From positions 9,734,001 through 9,798,000 of the forward strand of contig OX597831.1 in assembly GCA_951406725.2 (NCBI GenBank): 64,000 nt of DNA. Reading direction: 5' to 3'. The stretch comes from Octopus vulgaris. Lineage: Eukaryota. The stretch's first letter is position 1. Each line of letters starts with the position of its first letter. The position numbers and the translations under genes are program-made. Under the pieces are notes generated by a model. It made no database searches, was not told the origin of the DNA, and saw only the letters and a program-made list of their open reading frames with translations. Positions 53,010 through 64,000 of the stretch are shown piece by piece.

Positions 53010-54943
53010 TTTTTTTTTCTTCTTTCAAATTTTCTTCCATTTCTTGCCGAGTGTCTTCCCGACTCCTAGGGCAAAGAAACTCATAGTGTATATTGGTAGG
53101 CCATTAAACCAAACTCAGTAGTTCGTTCATATATATTTTTTTTTTAAGTTAAATTAAAATACATGAGCAGCAACAGTTCTCACATCGACAATGCTCTTCT
53201 CAATACGTGTGATGTACCAGTTAAGGCAATCTTTTGCACTTCTTGCAGGGATGGTAAGCCAGGGATCATTCTCATATAATTTTCAGTTCCCTTCTTGATC
53301 ATTCCTAGTGCTCCTACGATCACTGGTACTGTAACCGCCTTGAGATGCCACATTTTCTCAATTTCAATGAGTAGGTCTTTATATTTTCTGAGCTTGTCAA
53401 ACTCTTTCGCTGAGATATTATGATCACAGGGGATGCTCATGTCGATCAATAAGCAAACTTTATTGTTTTGGTCTTTCACAACAATATCTGGTTTATTGGC
53501 CTTGATGGTTCGGTCTGTATGTACTGGAAAGTCCCACAGAATGGTTACATTTCTCCTTCAGTTACAGCCTCAGGGTGGTGATTATACCACTTGTCGGCAG
53601 TTTTGATATTGTAATGCCGACTTATTAGCCAGTGGAGATATTGGCCAACTCTGTCATGTCTTAATTTATACTCCACTGGTGCTAAGACTTTACATCCAGA
53701 GATTAGGTGGTCCACTGTTTCAATCATGTCGTTGCAGAATCGGCATTTTGGGTCTGCTCCACTTTTCATCACATTGGCCTGGTAGTTCCGGGTTAATAGG
53801 CTTTGGTCTTGAGCAGCCAGGATGAAACCTTCGCTCTCTGCTTTTAGCCCTGAGCTCCGCAGCCACTGATGGGTTTGCTTCTGGTCAACATCAGCTTGTT
53901 TGCTGCGGGTCACATATTTGCCGTGCAGAGGTTTCTCCTCCCACCTATCAGCCAATTGCTCGTGCGCTTTTTTCATTGCCATCATTTTCACCTTCTTTGC
54001 AACAATAGTTGCCGTACTTCCCTCGGGTTGTTGAGTTTGGGTATCCTGCACGAGATCAATAGCAAATTTTTTGCTTTCCTTGATGATAGAATGAAGCTTC
54101 TTTCGTCTCTCGTGATTTCCCACGAGCTTTAGCATCCAGTCATTCGATATTTCGAGATATTTGGCCAGTCCAATTGTGGTTGTTTTGTAAGCTAGTTCAA
54201 ATTGGATCAGGCCTCGACCTCCTTGGGCTCTGGGAAGGTAAAGGCGATCTACGTCTGCCTTTGGGTGGTGCATCCTATTACAACTCAGCAGCTTGCGTAT
54301 TTTTCTATCTATATTCTTTACTTCACTCATATTCCAGTTCAACACATTGTAGCTATAAGTAACAACTGGAACTGCTAAGGAATTTATAGCTAACACCTTG
54401 TTACGTGCATTTAGTTCAGATTTCAGGACTGCACGAACTCTCCTATAACATTCCTTCCTGATTTTCTCTTTCATGCTTGCATGCTGAATACCAGAGCCTT
54501 CATTTATCCCTAAATATTTGTATGTTTGTTCTTGCTCAAGCTCTCTTATGACTGTGTCAGCATCTAACACGACTGAATTTGTGGTCTTCACTTTCCCTTT
54601 CTGGAAAGTGGCCTTGGCACACTTCTCAAGTCCAAACTCCATCCCGATGTCATCGCTGAATGCTTTCACGGTGCGCTATAGGCCTTCAAGTTCATTATTG
54701 TCTTTACCATAAAGTTTTAAGTCATCCATATAAAATAGATGGCTTATTTTTTTATTGGCAATTTTATACCCATACCCTGTTCTGTTTAATTCACTTGTAA
54801 GGGGTATTAGGGCTATGCAGAATATTAAAGGTGAAAGTGAGTCACCTTGAAAAATTCCACAGTTGATGTTTATATTTTCTGAGGCAAGTACTCCATTAGA
54901 GTGGTATAATTGGAGATTCGTATTCCACAACGACATAGTGTGC

Positions 54944-54944
<1 letters not shown>
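53010..54944 (-). mobile_element. Young R4/Dong-type retrotransposon, 5'-truncated within RT; same family as 44717-46317
   Basis: GIFQGDSLSPLIF, HLFYMDDLKL, FGLEKC, YKYLG, LYLPRAQGGRGL, CCHC and REL motifs; in-frame TAG at 54676, 1-bp deletion near 53550; 3'UTR near-identical to the other copy; (TAA)n on both sides. Confidence 0.93.
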
Positions 54945-55011
<67 letters not shown>

Positions 55012-55242
55012 AATAATAATATTATTCTTGTTGTTGTTGTTGTTGTTGTTATTAGTTAGTACATATTATATGTATTCTAGGAGATTCCCATTTGGCGATG
55101 CTTGGAGAGGTTGGTTATCAGCTATAGTTTCGCGTTAGTTTATATTCGGTTCGTCTTAGGTGTGTTTTCGTTTTTGGAACTTTAACATTATTTTCTCTCT
55201 CCTGTCTGGATTAAACCATATTTTTATTTATTGTTGTTATTA

Positions 55243-55455
55243 GAGCGGTGATATGGCCAAATTGTGAACACGCCAGGCAGAATTGTTAGCGGCATTTCGT
55301 ACGTCTATATCATCATAGTTGAAATTCTGCTGAGGGCAACTTTGCCTATCACACTTTAGGGCTCGATAAGTACCAGTTATGCACTTGGGTCAATATAACT
55401 GTCTTACCCACTTGCCCGAAATTGCTAGTCTTCAGTCAAAGTTCGAAATACATTT
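55243..55455 (+). mobile_element. SINE family B, old diverged copy
   Basis: Degenerate head and core. Confidence 0.6.
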
Positions 55456-55546
55456 TATTATCATTTGTGTTGTTGGATTGGTGTTTATTGTAGTATCTAG
55501 TGACATAGATACTACAATTATGACATATATATATATATATATACGT

Positions 55547-55609
<63 letters not shown>

Positions 55610-56454
55610 TATACATACATATACAGTACTATGGCAATCAATGTAGTTATTTTCTTTCTCCCGTGGCGTCTAATTTTATTTCATAAGTTGTCATAAACAG
55701 AGATTTTGAACACCGAACAAACTTATCTGAAATTTGACATTGGTCCCGAGTGTCAATCAAGAAGTTTAATTAATATTTCCCTCGTGAAAGAACAAAAATT
55801 GGATGCACAATGAAACATTGTACATTCACAATAGCTTGCAAACCAATATTAACTCGATTGTCTAAATTCAATGAAAGAATCGTAAGGGGCGATAATGGAA
55901 GCAAACGTCTATTTAATTTAATGCCTGACCTTATGTGGCAGTTAATTTATCGCGTTTCACGACATAGCTACTCAACTCTATTTAATAGATGGATTAATCG
56001 AAATAAATTCAATTTTTTTTTATATTATCCGTGGTTGAATGTTATTGTTTTTTTTATGTCCGTTAAATGTTGTAGTTTGATTAAAGTATTTTCAATGGAG
56101 TGTGGCTAAATATAAACATTAATAATATTTTCAATGATTAGATTTTGCTGCAGGTAGAACGTTCGCTAAATGTCTTCCCTACAAAACTTGTATGTTATTG
56201 AATTTCTGTATTATTTGTGTGCACCCTTATTCGTATACAATTAAAAGTATTAAATATTAACTAACGTACCTTGCGGATTTATGAACTGCTACATCAGAGT
56301 GCGCAGATTGTAGTCTTGCTAAAGTGCAAGAATATATGTTTCTCATTGTTACAGTGTAATGTTAGCTGCTCTTGGTTATATATTTACCTGACATATTAAC
56401 AGCCTCCCCATTTCTGTCACTTATATGTATATATATATATATATATATTATATA

Positions 56455-56612
56455 TAGTTAATCCAAACATGAAAACACAACAACGCGAGGACGTGGAACA
56501 AATATGGTGTTATTGGACGCTCAGGAAAGGAAAGAAAGAAGGAGGGTTTAACGTTTCTAGCGGAGCTCTTCGTCAGAAACAGAGGAAAAAGAAAGATCCA
56601 AGGAAGGGAAGA
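56455..56612 (-). mobile_element. Short Penelope-like repeat with hammerhead motif (56546-56580)
   Basis: Reverse complement: GTTT-CTGACGA-AGAGCTCCGCTA-GAAA-CG-TT-AAAC; matches 13205-13400. Confidence 0.7.
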
Positions 56613-56849
56613 GGAGTATATATATATATATATATATATATATCATGGAAATATGTTACAAAAACACAATAAAAACTACACGTCGAAATGAAAGGGGAAA
56701 GTAAGAAGAGAAATAAGCGAAAATGCACATTGGAAATAAAAAAAGTAAAGACTTTTTATGAAAGTTAACGATAGACATATACAATTAGATGAACTGAGGC
56801 TGGAATATAAGTAATAAAAGTCATTATTGTGAATTGTTACAGAGATTTA

Positions 56850-56888
56850 AAAGCATACCGGTTTCGTAAATTTACTAATCATTGCTTT
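56850..56888 (-). ncRNA. Decayed hammerhead-like motif
   Basis: Reverse complement: AAAGCA-ATGATTA-GTAAATTTAC-GAAACCGGTA-TGCTTT; stems perfect, core has two changes. Confidence 0.5.
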
Positions 56889-58067
56889 GAGCAGTCAGTT
56901 CCAAACCCCTAATCGATTTAAGTCTATGGGTCCACTCGATTTCAGATTCGATTCCAGACTGTGACAGTACTTCACGCACCACCTTCTTTGTTATCACGCT
57001 TATGAATATCAACATTTGAGAAAACTATATCTCAAATATTACAAAGTTTTGCAAGCCTGAAATCAACCAGCTCACGGACGAAAAGTGGTTGTCTCGAATG
57101 TTAAAATTCTCCCTATCTAAAATTCAGACACCAACGTCGAACAAACAAAGAGAAAGTTGCTATCTACGTTTATCTATGCTTATTTGAATAGAGGATGCAA
57201 AAGTTTTAATGCCATCATAATATATTTATTTCATTTGACAGTGTTGATTTAATTGGAGGTAAGTGTCCAAGCAAAATGCATCAGAATTGCTTGATCCTCT
57301 GAAGTTGTCCAAATTTCTCTACTTGATTCCACGTTGCTAAGCATGCGATACATATCAGTGATCTTTGATATAATCTAAATCCATATCGTTCATTTTATCT
57401 TTAATTGGTATTTGGTAATTTCCCGCATGTTTCAGATAATTCATTAAAAATATACCTTAATCCCGAGAGAGAACGGTATTAATAATTACCAAATTATCCT
57501 TCGATTGAAGTTCAATTTTAAAATAATTTTACGATCATTTCACGGAATATATTATATTCCGTGAAATGTTATATTGGACTTGGAATGCCAAGTTCCCTCG
57601 TCTTATTTCGTTCCGAGTTTTAATACGATGCATCATTTCGCAATCCAGTTAATGATTTGGTGATTACATTGACAGTGTTTACCAATTTAGTAGCGTTGCT
57701 CCATTAGAAAGAAGCGTTTTCATACTTCTCTAGAGCAACTCCTATACAAATGTCACAGCAGTTGCAAAGATTTACTCTTTGGAAACGGTTTTGCAGCTGT
57801 ATCTTGGCGTGTATCTTACTAACGTTCAAAGAATTTATGTGACTACACATAGTCCCCACAAACATGCAATATCTGCTGATTTGAAAGGGACAAAAGCCAG
57901 AAAGCAAAATAGGGAAGTTTCCTTGGATTACTCCCGTTTTAATATGCTTTTATGTACCGTACCAAGAAATCCTTAGTATACTTTTCAGGATTTTTAGAAC
58001 TAGTTGTTATAAATTATAGTCTTATCGTGTCTCTGCCAATAGGTTTCTAATACATTCTATTGTGTAA

Positions 58068-58440
58068 GGCAGAATCGTAAGTACGCCGGGCGAAATGCTT
58101 AGCGGTATTTCCTCTGCCGTTACGTTCTGAGTTCAAATTCCGCTGAGGTCGACTTTGTCTTTCATCCTTTCGGGGTCGATTATATAAGTACCAGTTACGC
58201 ACTGGGATCTTTATAATCGACTTAATCCGTCTGTTCGTCCTTGTTTGTCCCCTCTGTGTTTAGCCCCTTGTGGATAGTAAAGAATTAGGTATGTTCTGAG
58301 TTCAAATTCCGCCGAGGTCGACTTTACCATTCATCCTTTCGGGGTGGATATATTAAGTACCAGTTGTGTACTGGGGTCGATCAAATCGACTGGCTCGCTC
58401 CCAGAAATTTCGGGCCTTGTTCCTAGAGTAGAAAATAATA
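58068..58440 (+). mobile_element. SINE family B, near full length
   Basis: Matches 18306-18706, including the duplicated core. Confidence 0.9.
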
Positions 58441-59478
58441 TATTGTCTTTTTATATTATTATTAGTTGTTGTTCACGAAGCTCTTTCTAGCCATCCTGTT
58501 CTGCATATATGGTGGGCTAGCAGATGACGTAAGAGCGTTCAGCTTTCACCGAATGTACTGCACAAAAAGGATTTGTTTATAAACGAGATTATTTGTTTCT
58601 AAGTGCATATGGAACAATTAGATATCCATTTTCAAAAGTTTTGTGTAGACACACAATGCACAAAATAAACGTGTAGCCCTCAACAGATAATTCATTAGAA
58701 GATAATTTATTTACAATAGCACCATCTGACAAAAAGATGCAGGATCCTGTCGGCTGGAACTCACATTTCGTCCTCTCTCAGATATGTAATATCGTTCATC
58801 ACTGTAGGGATGGATATATTCCATACATTAAGGAGATAAGTCTAATGGAGCAACAAAAATAAGGAAAAGAAAACAAACAAAGAATTCGAGACTGTATATA
58901 GAGCACGTGCTGATTCTGTTCTGCAATGATTTTAACAACCGCGAGTCCTATAGGCTGAGGTGAACTAGCAAAATCGTTAGCTCGACGGTCAATATGCTGA
59001 GTGGCATTTCGTCCGCGTTTATATTCTGATCTCATATAAGAGTAACAGATCAGAGCATAAAACTAGTTTTCCCCCCGATTAGTACTTAAAAGATTAATGA
59101 GTCATATTGCTAATTAAATGGTGTGTATTATATTGAGGAAGCGTAATTCCAAATATTTGATCAATGTGGAGTGTAGATAAATAAAGGGTTATTTATTTGA
59201 AAGTTGTAATTACATACAAATTGGGGTACACCCGAAAGACCCCTGGGGTAATTTTATTCAGGTTCTTTTCACCTTTCTATTTTCCCTCTTTTTTTTTTCA
59301 CACTATATTTCAGATAATTATAAAGCAAGAGATATTACTAATGATATCATCACGCACCTGCTGATATAGAAATATAACAACGAGAAACATTAAAAACGAA
59401 AAATTTATTCTTACAAAAAAGAAAAGTCTACAGTTGAAATTTAATAATACATAATCTTTTACAGTAATAATATTGATG

Positions 59479-59531
<53 letters not shown>

Positions 59532-59532
59532 T

Positions 59533-59587
59533 CACGGATATTTGTCCTCATCTTCTTTGTTGTTAACACAATGTTTCATGACTTGAA

Positions 59588-59647
<60 letters not shown>

Positions 59648-59676
59648 AACTAATAATAATAATAATAATAATGATG

Positions 59677-59763
<87 letters not shown>

Positions 59764-59890
59764 CGAAAAATACCTTAAGAATGAGAAAACCTGGTTCGAA
59801 ATTTCCTCAAGATACCCGATGAAGGCTGGAGGGTATATCAGCTGAAACGTTGTGTTAATAACAAACAAGATGTGGACAAATATCTGTCAA
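59533..59890. mobile_element. Penelope-like inverted pseudo-LTR fragments around a (TAC)n(TAA)n tract; decayed hammerhead at 59812-59855 (+)
   Basis: 59533-59577 is the inverse of 59843-59889; ATAC-CCGATGA-AGGCTG..CAGCT-GAAACGTT-GTGT. Confidence 0.6.
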
Positions 59891-59984
59891 ATATAAATAA
59901 CGTAAATTTATCTTTTAATTATTCAAATTTATTTCACTGAAAATTCAAGCTTTACGACATTATCATTTCAATTATTAATATAGA

Positions 59985-60076
59985 TAATTTAATTGCACCA
60001 ATAACACTAATGTAAATTTAATTGCAATAAATATACTAATGTAAATTTAATTACACCAAATATACTAATGTAAATA
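59985..60076. repeat. ~30-bp minisatellite, 3 copies
   Basis: Unit approximately AATTTAATTGCACCAAATATACTAATGTA. Confidence 0.8.
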
Positions 60077-60712
60077 TATAATTTAGTGAAGATGTGTTCG
60101 AAGCATTCGTCCGTAAATATTCTCCATAGTGTTAACTGTGAATGCAATGGACTTACTTCAAGATTATCTGACCTCTATAACTATATTCTTTTTATTTCCG
60201 TATCAAACAATTATGTGAGGTTTGTGAATTTGTATTTAGCTAAATGCTGTATTTAAAATGTACACAGTCAATATTTCAAATGCAACACCTTTTGACAGAA
60301 CATAATATTACGTATATGCTTTAATTAATGACCTCACTATTTCTTTTACCTATTAGGCATTTCACTTAGTAATCTGGGAAAGGAATAGGCACTCCAGGGA
60401 TACATCTCAAACCAGAAGAATGTTATGCATTGGTACATACACAGCAATTTGGAGAATGTCTACAATCATTAAAAGCATCACATTTCATCTGGAAGGCTAC
60501 GCCACTGACAACCTGGAATAGAAACATTTCGATGTTGCTCTACCTGTGGGAAGGATTTCAGTAACTGTCCAAAAAAAAAAAGCCTCCAAGATTCAAACTT
60601 AACCTTTGGACATGACATTCTTACTAGAACACATATTCACACCATCTAAAAACGCTATATGAAAAAAAACGTCGTATTGTTCTGCCTGCCATGCCAAAGC
60701 CACACCACAACC

Positions 60713-61073
60713 ATATATATACATATATATACATATATATACATATATATATATACATATATATACATATATATACATATATATATACACATATATATAT
60801 GTATACATATATATACATATATATACATATATATATATATACATATATATACATATATACATATATATACATATATATATACATATATACATACATATAT
60901 ACATACATATATACATACATATATATATATATATATGCATACATATATATATATACATACATATATACATATATATACATACATATATATATACATACAT
61001 ATATACATATACATACATATATACATACATATATACATACATATATATATACATACATACATACCTATATGCA

Positions 61074-61121
<48 letters not shown>

Positions 61122-61155
61122 CATTCACACACGTATATATATATTTATATATATA
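60713..61155. repeat. (TA)n/(TACA)n microsatellite
   Basis: Directly visible. Confidence 0.95.
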
Positions 61156-62864
61156 CCAACAGCATGATTTATACGATGTGGCACAATATTTACGAACTTA
61201 TGTAGTTCCACAGCTGTGTGAATTACAGATTAGAAATCGTCATTTGAAATTACATCAAATTTATGTGCCCAGTTACGTCAATGTTTATATTTTGAGAAGC
61301 CAAATTTGGGATAAAACCCCGATCATCTTTATGTTTTTTTTTTTATTTTCACATGCCAGCAAATACAGGTTCCCCCAAATCGCTGCAAAAATCCAAATTA
61401 TTTTTTAGATTCAGGTCATTCCTAATACAGCAGAAATATGGTCAAAGACACTTCCTTTATGATCACCTTATATTGTGTATCTAGCTTCACATAATCGATA
61501 TTGCGTATACTGCAAAATTCGACTCGCGATTTTTCTTGAAATAATGTTGAATTATTTCCATATATCAAATCTAAAATTCGATTCTATTTCTTCACGCATG
61601 TCAGACCAACATATGTTTGTCAAGAAGCTACATTACAGATTTCCTCAGGTGACAGTTTATTGAAGATGCAAAACCTCTTCGTCACATCTCTTGGCAACGC
61701 AGTTTACATTCGATTTCAAACTGCATGCTGGAGGGGTTTTACGACTTACTTCTTTAGATGATATCTAAGATCACACAATCGCTGCCGGCTGATCAAAAAG
61801 ATAATATATTCGAGTTTCATCAGTTTTTAATCAGAAATCGGTAGATGAAAGACTACAGTTTTTCAGTTATTGGGAACATAAACGAAACCCATATTCCTAT
61901 CGACATGACAGAGAATAGAATTCTATAACCAAACAAAAGGCAGAAAAGAAACATCGATGAAAAGCACCGGCCTCGAAACAAGTAAGATCACCAGAGTATT
62001 TTCTTTGGTTCCGATTCACTTCTGTTAAAGACGATGGTTGTATTTAAGTGAAAAACTCTAGTCCTGGTAACTTAGCAGTTTGCTATAAGAGACCGACAGA
62101 GTAACTACAAGATTTTAAATAAAAGTACTGGAGTCGATACATAAGTGTGAGTGAGAGCCTCTGTCTGCGCGCGCGTGTGTGCATGTGTAAGTGTTTGTTG
62201 GTGTCTTCGTGTTTATGATTGTGTGTGTCTGTGTTTGTCCCCCACAAATGCTTGGCGTCTTTCTGTGTTTATGTAACCGTCACCTAGCCGATCGGCAAAA
62301 GAGACTAACAAAATAAGCAGCAGACATTAAACAAAACAACAAAAGAAATGAAAATAAATACTGGGGTCAATTTTTTTGACTAAATATCTTTAAATCGCTA
62401 CGACGGTCGCAGTCTAATTATTAACAAATTAATGTACAATTCAAACCATTGATAACAAAGACGAATATGTTCATTACAATGATAGCATTAATCAAAGGGA
62501 TTATGATGATTGATTCCTTGTTGAAGGTTCCTAAGATTGGTATTTTGCAGAAGGTCAAAGAAGTTTTGTTTCAAATATTTAAGATGTCGCATAATATCGT
62601 ATCTTAAATGGGTGCAAAATAGAAGTACTTCACGTTTAGTAAGCATAAATGACAGCTTTTGCTCTCATTCTCGTTTCTGTTGATTATATTTGTTTTTTAA
62701 TGATTTTGTACTCCTTTCAGTCATCGAAACGTAGAGCACTAATATCTACCCTAAATATTTTCATTTGCTTCTGAACAACTGAATTGCATTACCCCCTCCA
62801 AAGAAAGAAAAAAAACAAGAAGTAAAAATGCTGAATTTCATCTAAAATGTACGAAGTAAAGTGA

Positions 62865-62972
62865 ACATAAGTACTAGGCTTATAAAGAATAAGTTCTGTG
62901 GTCAGTTTATTCGACTAAAGGCGGCGCTCCTGCATGGCCGCAGTTAAATGACTGAGACAAATAAAAGAATAA
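62865..62972 (+). mobile_element. SINE family A 3' fragment (older fragments also at 62050-62425)
   Basis: ATAAGTACTAGGCTT...GGCGGCGCTCCTGCATGGCCGCAGTTAAATGACTGA. Confidence 0.8.
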
Positions 62973-63063
62973 TATATATATATATATAATTATTGTTTGA
63001 GGGAATATTATTCCTAACTTACAGGGAAAAATTCAATTTATATATATATAAACACCTTTTATC

Positions 63064-63121
<58 letters not shown>

Positions 63122-63255
63122 GTACATATATATATATACGTACATATATATATACACATATATATATATAAATATATGAATATATATACATATATATATA
63201 TATGTATGTATATATGCACACATATATAAATATATGAATATATATACATACATAT

Positions 63256-63286
<31 letters not shown>

Positions 63287-63299
63287 AATATATATATAC

Positions 63300-63390
<91 letters not shown>

Positions 63391-64000
63391 TTTCACGCCT
63401 AATTATATCCTTGCGTGTAAACATATGTCTGTATCTGTGGTCGTTCTGCAGTCATATATTTATTAACCAACCGCGTTATTTCAGATTTGCACACACCATC
63501 AGTCTGTCTTACTTGCAGAATAGAAAGAAAAAAAAACACCTAAGATCCACGAAACGGAAGACAGCTGCGATTTTTTTCTACATCTTTGAGTGTAAACAAA
63601 ATTTAGCCATATGCAAATATTTGAAAAATACATTTAAATTTAATGATCTCGTGAGCTTTCTGATAAATTTCCTCGTAGTAATTATTATTTGTCTTTAATA
63701 AATAGTTCTATTCATCGAAATAACACAATGTTTGGGAATCTGTGTTACTTGTTTATTTTGAAACCAGGAAGATGTGAAATATTGAAAATCGGAAAATTGT
63801 ATGAGAAAAAATTCTTAGATATTTTTCCTGACCAGAGTTACTGCGTGAAAGCATATAATCCACTTTCGGCTGGAGCATGAAATACTAATTCTCTGCTACT
63901 TCCTTGATATATTAAAATTATATCTAATTAACTCTCTTCTGTTTTTGAACGCACTTGCATAAAATTTGTGTAGTATTTCTTTTCATACTCTCTTGGCTGA

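Noticed and set aside
57000-57950. Possible hAT or other transposase remnant; similar weak hints at 10075-10450 and 23400-23940
   Set aside because: No diagnostic motif recoverable by eye; needs tBLASTn or an HMM search.
59985-60076. CRISPR-like repeat array
   Set aside because: Head-to-tail minisatellite without unique spacers, in eukaryotic DNA.
60355-60570. Possible exon or C2H2 finger (CSTCGKDFS)
   Set aside because: Flanked by in-frame stops and lacks the His pair.

Overview
AT-rich animal DNA, intergenic or intronic, with no host protein-coding exon that I can support. The repeat content suggests an octopus genome; this is an inference from the SINE families and extreme (TA)n/(TAA)n density. 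Most ORF-track entries are microsatellite artefacts. The real content is mobile DNA. (1) A near full-length ~4.6 kb CR1-group LINE (25353-29987, minus). Its ORF1 has an unusual Myb/SANT-like plus tandem CCCH zinc-finger architecture, and its APE-RT frame is broken only by in-frame TAA stops. (2) R4/Dong-type restriction-like-endonuclease retrotransposons beside or inside (TAA)n tracts: two young partial copies, one old decayed copy and two 3' fragments. (3) Two Helitrons with recognisable termini. (4) Three tRNA-derived SINE families. (5) Gypsy, RTE, L1/Tx1 and piggyBac-MITE remnants. (6) Many Penelope-like remnants carrying about a dozen type-I hammerhead-ribozyme-like motifs from several families, including a mirror-image ribozyme pair and one with a possible anti-core switch helix. 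Coordinates were read by eye, and boundaries of degenerate elements are approximate.
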